Part shown: piece by piece, positions 21,703-33,367 of the stretch
Layout: the number at the start of each line of letters is the position of its first letter
Position numbering within the stretch: the first letter of the stretch is position 1
Source of the DNA: Mesotaenium endlicherianum
Taxonomy: Eukaryota
Reading direction: 5' to 3'
DNA: 64,000 nucleotides
Assembly (NCBI GenBank): GCA_009602735.1
Contig: WELA01002202.1
Coordinates: 1-64,000, forward strand
The notes under the pieces: generated by a model
Told to the model about the DNA's origin: nothing
What the model saw: the letters and a program-made list of their open reading frames with translations, nothing else
Database searches by the model: none
Program-made: the position numbers and the translations under genes

Positions 21703-24700
21703 TTACTTGGCCGCGTCTCTTTTGCGTTTGTTCCATGGCTTACGAAGAGCGCTTGGTAGCACACTTGCCTCGGCGCAAAGCTTTTGAGCATCAGCCCATT
21801 GTAAACAATATTGTTGGACCACGTCCTTACAATTAAGTAGGATTTCGTCCTGAGGTTCGTACGAGTTCCAACTGGAATCGTAATCTAGCCACTTTATCAA
21901 AAGCTCCACGCGTGGAGGTTTATGACGAGTGTAGCGGTGTCCTAAGACCTCCTCTACATCCCAGGCCTTATCATCATCGGCGAGTTCCAATTCCGATGCT
22001 TGTGGCTGATAGCGGCCATTGGACCTAAAACAGCTTCAGTAAACTGACATGGAACACAGGATGCGTTCGCCCCATGGATTTAGGCAAATTCAGTCGGTAT
22101 GCAACAGGTCCAACCTTTGCCATAACGATAAAAGGGCCTACCCAGCGAGGCAGAAGCTTGCGCTTTCCTGGGTGCTTGAGTTGGAGGTTTTGAGTTTGCA
22201 AAAATACTTTATTGCCAACTTGAAAACTTAACTCAGTCCTGTGCGTGTCAGCAAACTTTTTCTGCCGATCTCGAGCAGCGGCTAAAGCCAGCTTCGCGTT
22301 TTTGTGCACCTCTTGAAGAGAATGGACAAATAGGCGTGCACTTGGTACTCTCATGGTTGACAGCCCCGCCTCAGCGTAAACGACGCGCTTGAGAGGAGTG
22401 TGCGGATGTCGCCCTTAGTTAAGGAAAAATGGAGTTTCCTTAACACTTTCCTGATAAGCATTATTAACTGCGAACTCTGCGACTGAAAGGAGGGTATCCC
22501 AGTCGTCTTGGCGAGGATTCACATAATGCCTAAGGAACTGTTGCAGAACGCGGTTCATTCGTTCTGTCTGACCATCGGTCTGAGGATGGAAGCTAGTTGA
22601 CATCTTAAGTTTCGTGCCGAACAAACTTCCTGCCAGAAGTGGCTCGTAAATCTACTGTCATGATCACTTATGATTTCTTTCGGCATGCCATGCAACTTGA
22701 ACACGTGATCTACGAAGAGACGTGCGGTCTCGACGGCATCAAGTGCTGGGGTAGTGGCCACAAAGTGTACCATCTTAGTGAAACGATCCACGATCGTTAG
22801 CACCCCATTGTGTCCTCGATCGGTGGTAGGCAATTCAACGACAAAGTCGAGGCTTATGCTTTCCCAAGGAGCACATGCAAGTTCCAATGGTTGCAACTTC
22901 CCAGCGGGCAACGTATTGCTCGGCTTATTCCTCTGACATGTTGCGCAGTTGATGATGTACTCGGCAACATTAACCTTAAGGGACGGCCAAATGTGCCCTC
23001 GGCGCAAAGAGTGTGTGGTTTTGGTAATTCCATGATGACCTGAGTAAGGAGAGTCATGCGCTTCTCGTAGTAGCACATGTCTTACTCGGCCTTCTGGGAC
23101 AGCACTGCGCCCATTATGCCACCAAAAACCGTCCTCAAACGAAGAGTATGAGTGTTCTTTCCTTTTATCCATACTGTCCATCGTTACGGCTACACCGTTC
23201 AAGCCAGTACCCTGGAGATCTAGGAAAAACAGATCTTTGAGATAGCCCTCGTGAAATAGTTGATGCAGGTCAAGTATTTCCGAGTTATGCATGCTATCCA
23301 AATCGGGTGTGCCCGCGTCACCAGGCTGGTTGCGGTCAGACGTCTGGGAAGGTACAGCAGAATCAAGGGTGGCCGCCCTCGAAACCTGACCATTTCGTTC
23401 TCGCAAGCTCGCAACAGTCCCCAACATCAAGTGGTGGTGAGGAATTCGACTTAGAGAATCAGCAACATTGTTGCGGCCTGGGCGATACGCCCACTCAAAG
23501 TGGAATCGTTGCAAGAACTCAGACCATCTCGTTTGTCTCCTCGATAGCGTTGGCTGAATTTGAAAGAAAGTATTTGGGCAGTGGTCCGTAACCACTGTCA
23601 AACTTTTGCGGCCTTCCAAATAACATCGCCAAGCGTATATGACTGCCCAGAGCTCCTGCTCTGTCGTTGAGTAATTTTATTTGGCAGGTGTCGGCTTTCG
23701 ACTCTCAAAACTGATAGGCTGGCCTGCCTGCAGCAGTACAGCCCCTATTCCAACACCAGACGCATCAGCGACGACCTCGTAAGGCAAGTCGAGATTGGCT
23801 TATGAAAGAAGTGGCGCATTCATGAGTGCATACTTAATGCGCTCAAACGCATGTTGCGTATTCTCATCCCAAATGAACGTCTTATCTTTCCTTGTCGGAG
23901 CAGTGAGTGGCGCGGCCATCACTGAATAACCTTGCATAAACTTACAAAAGTAGTTAGCAAACCCGAGGAATGAACGTACAGTATGTACATCGGTTGGGAC
24001 AGGCCAGTCAGCGACACACTCTATCTTGGCTGGGTCAGGGCGCACCCCTTTCGAACCCACTATATGTCCCAGGTACAACAGTTCATCCTTTAGGAAGGAA
24101 CATTTCGTGAGCTGAGCGTACAGCTGCTGCTCACGAAGGATTTGCAACACCAACTCGAGGTGCTTGTAATGCTCGTCCCTGTTCTTTGAGTAGACGAGGA
24201 TATCGTTAAGGTAAACCTGGACGAATTTCCCCAAGTAAGGTCTAAACAAATCGTTCATGGTACTTTGGAATGTCGCTGGTGCATTGGTAAGTCCAAAACT
24301 TAGGACTTTGTATTGGAAATGCCCAATAGGCGTTCGAAACGCTGTTTTGGGGACATCCTTTGGTGTTATTCGAATCTGATGATAGCCTTGGGCTAAATCA
24401 AGCAAGGAGAACACGCATGCCCCCTGCAGCGAATCAAACGAATCATCAATGCGAGGCAACAAATAACGGTTCTTGACCGTTATGTTGTTCAGCGCACGAT
24501 AATCAATGCACATTCTAAGCGTCCCATCTTTTTTTTGGACAAAGAGGATGGGGGCCCCGAATGGAGAAGAGCTCGGCTCAATACAGCCTTTCTCCAGCAA
24601 GTCGCTAATTTGATCTTTCATCTCGGTCATTTCCAACGGGCTTAGGCGATAAATCGATCGCCAAGTCGGTTGAGAATCGGGAACGAGAGGGATGGTATGT

Positions 24701-25310
24701 CCAATACCCCTATCAGGCGGAAGCCCGGCTGGTATTTCAGTTGGAAACACTGACTTATACTTTTGCAAAGAGTAAAAAGGTCGGCTGTGAGTGTTTCTTC
24801 ATGACCAGTAGTGTCCAACATCGGTTCTTGCGCAAAGAGCGTAGTTGAAATTGCTGGGGAATCGGGTCTCAGTAATCCAAAGAAAACATTTTGACCGTGC
24901 TTTGCCAAACGTCGCGCTTGCTTTATGGACAATAGAAGAGTCTTCGAAGGACTTTCCAAGGCCATATCGGGCTTAAGGGACTAAAGAGAAATCTTCCTGG
25001 TCCCTTTGCGTACAATGCATGTCTTTTGATCGAAGTCAAGCAATGTACTTATTTGCGTAAGCCAATCATTATCCAAAACTGCGTCGATTCCATGCGGCAA
25101 TTCAGTTACGTAGAATTGTACACGCCCATGGAAGGACTGCACGCTGAGCGGTAATTTAAGCATTCCAGTAATGCAAGCTAACGAGCCATTGCCAAGGCAA
25201 AGAGTCTCGTCCTTGAGTATTGGAAACAACTTCATCCCTTGTGCAAAACGTGCATTAATGAAGCTTACTGACGCGCCTGAATCAATAGCTAGACAATAGC
25301 TATTTATCAC
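21703..25310 (-). pseudogene. Element B pol (protease, RT, RNase H, integrase, chromodomain), fragmented
   Basis: AIDSGASVSF; RT ORF 23800-24768 (LDLAQGYHQ, YLNDIL); [31 protein letters not shown]; chromodomain ORF 21703-21990. Confidence 0.95.
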
Positions 25311-28003
25311 AAATAAGGGCAGCGAATATAATCGACGCTAGCAAATATGCAGTGGCCGCAATAATGGTCGCTTGACCGATTACGGTACAAATCCCTGTCA
25401 AAGAGATGCTCGGAAAGACTAACACGGTGGTTAGACCACATGTAATCAACATGCCCACGATATGTTGTGTATCCGCGAACGGACATGGGCGGACGGACAA
25501 AACCCGAACGGTTGCGGAAACGAATACTATGCACATTTTGGGAGGTGTGGGTGACGAGCGTTCCGGCGAAAGTATCTCGTACGATCGAAGATCGACGGGC
25601 GACGAGCGCTGCGAGCCGGGCGGAGCCATAGGCGATTAAGTCGGCGACGGCCGAGTCGGCGCCGAGGCACCACGCGGCGAGACGCGAGGCCGGCGGGGTG
25701 AGTCGTCGTCGATGTAGATGATTTCGATCCGACGACCGCGAGCCATGGCGAACTGGAAATGAATCGGGGGCGAATCTATACAGAATCAAGAAATCGGTTA
25801 GATTCGACGACAGAATCCGGCAGAAAATGCGATAGATTTTCTGACCACAATAAAAAAAATAATAAAAAAAAATTCTTTGGAGAAACCGAGATCGGCTCCG
25901 ATACCAATGTGACGTTTCTGCTTTTTGAGAGGATCTTTTCTCGGTATTCAAGGAATATTTAATTCAAGTGGGAGGAAAATCTGTGTACTTGTGGAAATTG
26001 ATGAATACTCGAAAGAGCGAAAGTGAAAACTAACGTAGAATGTGTGCTTGTGAGAGTTGCACTCACAATGACTCTGCAGGTATTTATACCTGCACAACAT
26101 GAGGCACTGGAGTGCTTCGATTCACCACCTAGGGCACTGGTTCATGTTCAACGAAAACGGTCAAAGGGACGTGTCCCATTCGGCCGAATGCTCGAAACGC
26201 GCAGTTGGCCGTTTGGAGACTTTTCGACAGTTTCCGAAAAACCGTTTCGCGCCAACCGGGCGTTTTCGCGTTCTCGCGACTTTCCGAAAAAGTCGCGATT
26301 GATCGCGAAGTCGGGTACACATGCTTTCGTCATGAACCGGTAGTTTAAAAAGCTACTTTGGCCAATCGGTTAGGTGTGAACGTTTCAAACAAAAGTCGCG
26401 GATTCGAATCCGCTCGGATGCAAAGCGACTTTGCATATTTCGTTTCGTTTGACTTTACGACTGTTTGTTCGTATATTATGATACGACAGTTTCTTCGTAT
26501 TACGACTAGTCGTAATCCGAAATCTGTGATTGTCCATTATTCGTAATAATGACTATCAAAATAACTTAATCAAATAATGATTAATCAAATTATCATCTCA
26601 TAATTATTCAAAGTAACTGCATGAATAATTATGTCGTACTTTTGCAAAGTAGTCGAATTACGTTACGTCGCTTTTTGCAATAGTATCTCGGTCGTTTCGC
26701 CAATCGACCGGGAATTAATCGGCACACGTGTGTGGCGAATATTTCAATGTGATGCAATCATTTATCAAATAACTTATGATAAATAGTATTACGTATTTTA
26801 GGTGATTGGGAAAACGTCCCATATGCGCCTAAAAAGCTCAAATCGTTACAATGTCGATGTAATGCGAGTTTACTTACTTTGTCAAAAAGGTCAGCAGGAT
26901 GACTTTTGTATCATAGTGTAGTTTGCTGACCTTGTTGAAAAGGTCAGCAGGATGACTTTTGTATCATAGTATAGTTTGCTGAGATTTATATAGCAGTTAT
27001 ATATAGGATGTAATATCAGCAGGATGACACATAGTAAGCTCGCTGGATATTAGTCAGTATACTTAGCTTCAGTACGCTGAGAGTAGATAAATTCATTTAG
27101 ATTATTATTTGTAGATTGGCACATGTGACTGTAGTATACTGAAAGTCGGAAGGTCGACTGAGATTCGGTAAACCGATGTCCTACCAGTGTGGTTAACTCC
27201 TGGGTAGGCGGAGCCGTCGTCAGTCAACTGAACAATTAGGACTTTAGTTAACCGACCAATTAATATGGTCGTTATACCTAGATCCGTGGGTCCCAACTTA
27301 ACGGGTCTTCCACGAAACGGCGCACCTTGCGCCGTGGTCAACCAGGTGGTCACTAGGTACATAGCAGGCTGGGATCTCGTGGTCCCTCATTTTGGACAGT
27401 AGGCTTTACAGTCGGATTTCTACTTGCAAGTCATGTGTGCACTTTTGGGTTCGTTCTAATGACCATCCTTCACGGAAATAGACATGGCTGCTTTGTTTGC
27501 GCTTCAAATGGAGCGAACTAGAACTTTTCGGAAAGGTCTCGTCAAGATGCATCTGTTGCCGTTCAGTTTGCTCAGTTTGGAGCACTATTGACAGAGTTAT
27601 GCCCTCTGACAGTTTGGGGTCACACAGCGGACAGATTCCATGGTTTTGCACCTAAGTCAGTGGGATGTGTTTTAGCTACTTTATGGTCATCTGAATGAGA
27701 GCGCCTTTGCTATTCAGTCCCCTGACGTTGTGTATGTGCTTGTACATGCTTGTATGCCTGGTAGGCAAGAGGTCATGAGTTTCTAAACGAGAAGCTCTAG
27801 TCCTCAAGCTCGCCTCTTTCTTATGCCTTGTATTCGTGTGCAACTATGGCACACTACGATAAGTGAGTCAAGGGTTATAGATGAGTAAACGGAATTCATT
27901 ATAAGGGCCAAGATCGCTCCCTGATTTTACACGCTTCCACCTATCTCTGATCTTATATATGTGATTGATATATATTTATCTTGAATAAGCAAGATTCATT
28001 TCA

Positions 28004-29070
28004 TGTTGGCACCACATTGATCCCAATTGTCACTGGTCTTGGTCTCGGCATAGGCTTGTCAGTGAAGGTCAACAGTTGCCATGTCATGATTGTTTCCACC
28101 AACCAAGTCATAGAGTGCTGCCCAATCATGTTGCCATAAATCTTTGCAGCCTCATCTGATCCTACTGCACCAGCTATAAGCCGAGCTATGTTGTCGGGTA
28201 TGCCAAGGTTTTTGCCCTTTTCCATCGTGGTGGGCTCTCTCCACACGGCGTCTCTTTTATATATGTCTTTGACCATTCCTGGTCCACCTTCGCTGAAGGC
28301 TTGGGATCCTGTATATGTTGGAAAGGTAGGCAGTACCACTCTTGGCTGACCTGGTTCGTTAATGACACACTGTGGATAGGAATCCCTCCGGGTCACTGAT
28401 CTGGTATGCACCGCCAGTGCCTTTTCCACTGTCAATGCTGTTGGTGATTGCCGTGTAATGTCCTCCATTTCTCTCAGAACCTCGATAGACATGCCGTTGG
28501 TCCAAAATATCCTGGCCCCATGAGACAATCCTCCGTGCTTGGCGTCGTTGATTAGCACATGATGGCCCAAAGTGGAGTCGAGCCATGGTTCTCCCGGCTT
28601 CATCTGCTTGTAGTCCATTCCTGGATGTACGTTCTCAATCACAAACACAGGTGGGTGATAGTGCTGACGTTCCCGCAGTATGGTGATGATTTTCACCATC
28701 CATCCCCAGTGTTGTGCTCGTGGATCACTAAATTCCCTCCTGTTTCCAGCTTGACAAAATGGTTGACAAGGGAATCCAACAAAGATCCAATCAATCTTGT
28801 AGCCATACAGGTATTTAGGCTTCACGTTTATAATGTTGCCTCCAGCAATGCGCTCAACATTGCTATATATAGGCGCCAACCCTTGAAATGATGCATTTGC
28901 CGCATCTGATTCATGACCTCTTAGAATGCTCGAAAAGCGTAGTCATCGTTGTCCACATACAGTACTTTGGCCACCTGTATTCCTCGCTGAATCAATGCTA
29001 TGGTCCCAGAGCCAAGTCCGGCGAATAATTCCAACACCACCACTCCCCTTTTGCGGAAAGGATCTTCCAT
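28004..29070 (-). pseudogene. C5-cytosine DNA methyltransferase domain within the E1 polyprotein
   Basis: Motif I VLELFAGLG (FAGLG at 29011-29025), II YVD, IV GFPCQPF..AG...DPR (28763-28777), VI FVIENV (ENV at 28628-28636), VIII-like HGARIFW, IX REPTTME..NLGIP, X YGN. One TAA at 28921-28923 and a frameshift near 28880. Confidence 0.9.
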
Positions 29071-29082
29071 CCTGACAATGCC

Positions 29083-30141
29083 TTACAGCAGCGGCTCCAC
29101 TCTAGGCATCAGATTTGCAGAGGAGGTAACTGGATAGGGTACTGGCAGCAGCTCTTGCGGGCCGTGGTCCCCATTACTCACAGTTTTCAGCTGCTTCATG
29201 ATCCGGGATTGCCATACCAAGGGTGTTGGCATGTTGATGCTTGTATAGCCTTCCTCTTCTTGCTTCATAAGGTTGTCGCTGGCTTCTGGGTACCTGTCAT
29301 TAACGTAGCAGTCTAGCAGTCCATAGTTTGCTTCTCCTATGCAAACCATTTTCACATGAATTTCTCCCGCCGGCTTCCTATCTGTTGACTGGTAAGTCAC
29401 TCTCTGTTTCCGCAGATCAATGATCATACCCAAGGGAATCAGTGCTTCTGTTCCCAAGAGAACATCATAGTTCTCAGCTTCCATCACTGTGCACTCCATG
29501 AATAGTGACGCCTCTTCAGGTTTCCTTGGATTTACTGTGATTTTCACAGGCTTGCGGGTAATCCCACAAGACTTTGAGACTTGTCCTGAGGCAGTTCTCG
29601 ACTGAAAAGGACTCTCTTTCATGTCCCTTGTCGTCAAACCTAAAGCTTTCACAGCTCGTTTTCCCAAAATGACTGGCTGTGCGCCTGCATCCAACAAAAT
29701 GTTGGGAGCTGCCCAGTTGTTGAAGATCAATGCACCATCCTTATTTTGCACCCTCACGGTGCTAAAATTGGTGGGCAATGAGGCGCTATTTGCACCTTCC
29801 TCAGCTATATCTAGCTGATGTCCGGCCTCTTCAATCGTGAATGGGTAGGTGATGTGCAAATCAGCGAGAGAAAGCAAAGGAGCATGCTGGATCTGATGTT
29901 CCACCAGAGCCTTCAGCTTCTCCAGTGAAAAACTGAATGTCTTGCGCGACCCGGGCCTGGTTTGTCGTAGCTGCGAGATCTCGTTTTCATCCAGAGTGAT
30001 CCGAAAAGTCTGAGGAAGCTTCCCAGTATTCTTTGGCACCAGACGGTTGTGATCTGCTTGCTCGGCAGCCGTTGCATTCACATCCTTTTTAGGCAGCCGC
30101 TTCTCGCCTTTGCAGACGGTCATAATAAACATCGGGCGCAT
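29083..30141 (-). pseudogene. E1 retropepsin-like aspartic protease region
   Basis: ILLDAGAQPVILG...TASG...YDVLLGTEAL. In frame with DNMT motif I across a single TAA at 29083-29085. Confidence 0.85.
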
Positions 30142-31700
30142 TTAGCATTGCAAACTGTGCTTTCAACTCAGCGATTTCTGCACTCAAAGCTTCATACTTC
30201 TGCTTACCCTTGCGATTACCAGAGCCACCCTTTTCTTTCTTTTTCTCTTTGTCTGCCTCTTTCGTGGCAGCATTTGCCCAGGGCGGCTTTAAATTTGGAT
30301 TCTTAGACCAGCACTCATCTTCCGAGTGTCCCTTCTTACTGCAATGTGCGCAAATCTGCGCTTTGCTAGCGAATAGTTGCTTAGCATCTGGGTACGAACA
30401 GTCTCTCTTCTGATGTCCTAATTTCCCGCAATTCCAACAACTCTCTGCTGTTTCAGCAGTGTTGGCGTGCTTAGCAAACTTATTGAAAGACCCGCTCTTT
30501 TTCTTATATTGAAAATTAGAGCTGTTGGCCTTAGGCGAAGAGAATTCCTCTCTCCTCTCAGGAGCCATACTTTACCTTCTTCGACATTACGTGCTATTTT
30601 AGCCGTCTTGTCGATGTCCCAGTCAATCCCGTGCTTTGCGGACAGATGTGGCCTGACTTCACGATCTGTTTGCCCAAGCACAACAGAAACTTGTCAGCCA
30701 CTATTCTGGGCTCGTATATTTTTGCCTCTTTGGCGAGGTCTACCAATCTGGATTTGACCTCCATGACTGTCTCGTTCTTTTGACGAACAAAATGCACATA
30801 ACGGTGCACTTTAAGACTGCGATCCTGTGGGAATCGTGCTTCAAGCAACTTGAAGAAACGACGCAGGCAATGCGTGGAGTCTAGCTGGTCATCCCCAGCC
30901 TCCATATCCTTACGACAGCTAGCCAAGGCTTGCGCATGGCTTGCCTCTGTTGTGGCGCTATCGCTTTGCTGACCATTGAGAGGTGTAGCTCTGCGTGTTA
31001 CTCGTTCTTGAGCTTTAGCAATCTTTTCAGATAGTTCTGCACACACCTTTCGCAATTTTGCTACAGAGCCGACATCATCATCTTAAGTGGCAGCCTTCCG
31101 CTGGCCCTCAGTGAGTTGCCTCATGGCCAGTGTTAATTCTTGTGTTAGTGCAGCTAAGTCTATGTTCTCAACAGGTGCAGATGTCACTGTTCTTCTTGAA
31201 GATAAAGCGGACATTCGGGCTTTCGCAGCCTCTTTCTGGATTTTTAAATCCCTAGCCCTTTTTTGTTCTACAAACGCCCATTCCTGGGTGAGGTCCTCAT
31301 CCTTCCGGAATTTGTGATATAACAGCAGGGTATCCTTGTCCAAGTACTGAACCAAGCCTATAAATGCGACAAATTGCGTACAAAAAGAATCCTTCCGAAT
31401 CTTCTCAAAGAATTATGCCCAATAGATCTCATCAAACTCTTCGAAAGTGAAACCATTTTCGCTGGTTCGTCCACTAAAACACTTTGCAGACAGCTTGAAC
31501 TTACGATTTTCATCCTGATCATCACCGGCCATTTCGAACGGTGAACAGGACTCACTGAATCTTCCCCACACGTCTTGCTCTTTGCCCAAATCAGGTACAA
31601 AGGCTCGTGTATTATCTGGGTTCTCACCGCTTGCAGAGTTATGACGAGACTCGTCTCTCGACGTTTCCTCGCTCCACCGGTTGTCAGTATGCTCAGACGT
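30089..31700 (-). pseudogene. E1 gag remnant with two zinc knuckles
   Basis: MHR-like FVRQKNETVMEVKSRLVDLA; knuckles CWNCGKLGHQKRDC and CAHCSKKGHSEDEC. Broken by stops and frameshifts; the start is approximate. Confidence 0.85.
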
Positions 31701-33140
31701 CTCACTTTCTTGTAGACTCTAGCTAGATTCAAAACCTTCTTCAGGCTCCACAGAGTGGTAGAGTCTTCCACTCCTCAACCGCATATATAGTTGAATTTCT
31801 CCGGGTCCCCTTCCAGGTTGAATACCGGCAGCCTTTACAGGCCTCGATCCCCAACTGACTTGGGAATTCTTGTTCACCTGAACCAATCAACCGAAGTTCT
31901 TAGAAGTAGGACAGAAGCGTCCTACTTCCACACAGGCTTTTGCCCAAGTTGAGGGTTTACATAATGAACAAGTTTGTAGTTTGCAGAAATCACGTCTAAG
32001 CAGCTTAACAGGCCATGTCAAGTTCAAAAAATATCGCACTTCAAGGCTTTCGCTTAACTTCCACGAGTCACAGCTTACAAAACTCTGAACTGCACATCTA
32101 TGCTGGCCTGGTCTGAGCTCTTCGCTCAACACCGCGCCTTAACAGCTCTTCACTGCTTAGCTAGGCTCACTCAGTTCTTCACTGAGGCTTTTGCTTGTTA
32201 ATACTACTCTTGCTATCAGCAATTCAACAATGGAGAATTCTGAGAACTTGGAAACTAACACAGCACTCACCATTTTAAGTGACCTTGCACGCTGGTGGCG
32301 TTTGACCCAAATTTGTGCTAATCTTCTAATTGATTCTATTCTGCAGCTCTCTACTTTCTACCAGCGAGATCCTCTCTTGGGAACTCCTGAGGTCTAACCT
32401 TTCTATGATACACTTTAGGAAGAAATCTTCCAGCGTCGGTAGAAGCGTGGCGCCCTGGCTCTTTTATGGCCTTGGGAACTCCTTCTTCTTCGCGCTCCTT
32501 TTGCTTCCTTAGCTTCCTTCGACAACCATGCGAGCAAGAATGAGGCAGCTTCAGGCAGGGCTCGTGCCTTTCACAGGCACCACACATTATCCTCTCTTGA
32601 GAATGCCAATGCTTAGCCACCGCGCTTTGCTTGCTTGCCGTCCTTACCCGGCAGCTCTCTCATAGCTTAGAAGTTGTCATTCAGCATGCATGCATGCATG
32701 CATTGGGATTGTTGCGCTTGACCACTTAGCCTTCCAGCTGGCAATCACGCCTATGTGGCTGGCTGGCAGCGTTTAGGATGAACGCTCAGGTCGTGACCAG
32801 TCACCTAAGGGCCTAGCCGAGGCGGCACACAACGCCCTCTGCAACATCCCTGCTGTACTTGGCTTGGATAGCTGATTGATCAGTACCTTTCTTGGCACTT
32901 GCTAGTCTGGCTCATTGCTGGTTCCATCTCCCTAGCCTTTCGGCTGACCGCTCGGTCCACATCCCCATCCCGTCCTGGGTGTGGGTGTGACGTGTCGTGA
33001 CCACTTTGATAGTGACAACGACTTCAACACGGCCGCTGACTCGGTCCTCTGGTCGGTGAGTCAATGCTGACTTCCCGTACCTGGGCGGCCGTGACTTGCG
33101 CTGCGCGTGCGGCACCGTCAAGTGGACAGCAGTCGCGACA

Positions 33141-33340
33141 GTAGTCGAATCACTTTACGTCGCTTTTTGCAATAGCAAAAAGCTTTGCTAATCGACCAGG
33201 AATTAGTCGGCACACAAGTGTGGCGATTAATGGATCAAGATGCAATCATTTATCAAACAACATATTGATAAATAGGGTAACGTATTTTAGGTAATTGGGA
33301 AAACGTCCCGAATATGCCTAAAATAGCTCAAATTGTTACA
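33141..33340 (-). repeat. B' 5' LTR remnant
   Basis: Matches the last ~200 bp of the 4642-5681 LTR (GTAGTCGAAT...AAATAGCTC..TTACA). Confidence 0.85.
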
Positions 33341-33367
33341 AGTGCTTTATCTATGTATTTCACTACA

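Larger units (their letters stand above)
20628..26850 (-). mobile_element. Element B: chromovirus with decayed pol and no recognisable gag
   Basis: TSD ATGTC at 20623-20627 and 26851-26855. LTRs at 20628-21561 and 25908-26850. PBS TGGTATCGGAGC at 25895-25906; PPT at 21562-21573. Confidence 0.95.
6898..28003 (+). mobile_element. Element C: non-coding (LARD-like) LTR element related to family A; both LTRs interrupted
   Basis: TSD TGTTG at 6893-6897 and 28004-28008. 5' LTR 6898-7948 + 16742-16956; PBS TGGTATCGGAGC at 16958-16969; PPT AAGCTGGGGAGAT before the 3' LTR 20515-20627 + 26851-28003. The 3.5-kb interior has no recognisable gag/pol. Confidence 0.9.
6488..33140 (-). mobile_element. Element E1: 3'-truncated LTR-type retrotransposon encoding Gag-protease-DNA cytosine methyltransferase, interrupted by element C
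   Basis: Minus-strand start TGTCGCGAC at 33140 abuts the B' LTR remnant. Gag, protease and DNMT remnants at 28004-31700; the frame continues at 6497-6897. No RT or integrase of its own remains, and no PBS was identified. Confidence 0.7.
4642..33340 (-). mobile_element. Element B': internally deleted B-family chromovirus hosting E1, C, A and B
   Basis: Full LTR at 4642-5681 (TGTAACG...TTACA) and the last ~200 bp of a matching LTR at 33141-33340. Flanks are AGTAC (4637-4641) and AGTGC (33341-33345), a 5-bp TSD with one mismatch. Confidence 0.7.
1..33367 (+). mobile_element. Element D: decayed Ty3/Gypsy chromovirus; 5' part lies outside the window; 3' LTR split by element B'
   Basis: Pol remnant at 1-3240. 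PPT-like GGGGGAGTGA at 4149-4158, then an LTR starting TGCAGTG at 4159. After the B' insertion the LTR resumes at 33346 and ends CACTACA at 33367, a near-perfect inverted match to its start. Confidence 0.75.

Noticed and set aside
28004..33140. DIRS-type element or host DNMT gene
   Set aside because: An aspartic protease and Gag lie directly upstream; no introns, tyrosine recombinase or host regulatory domains are seen.
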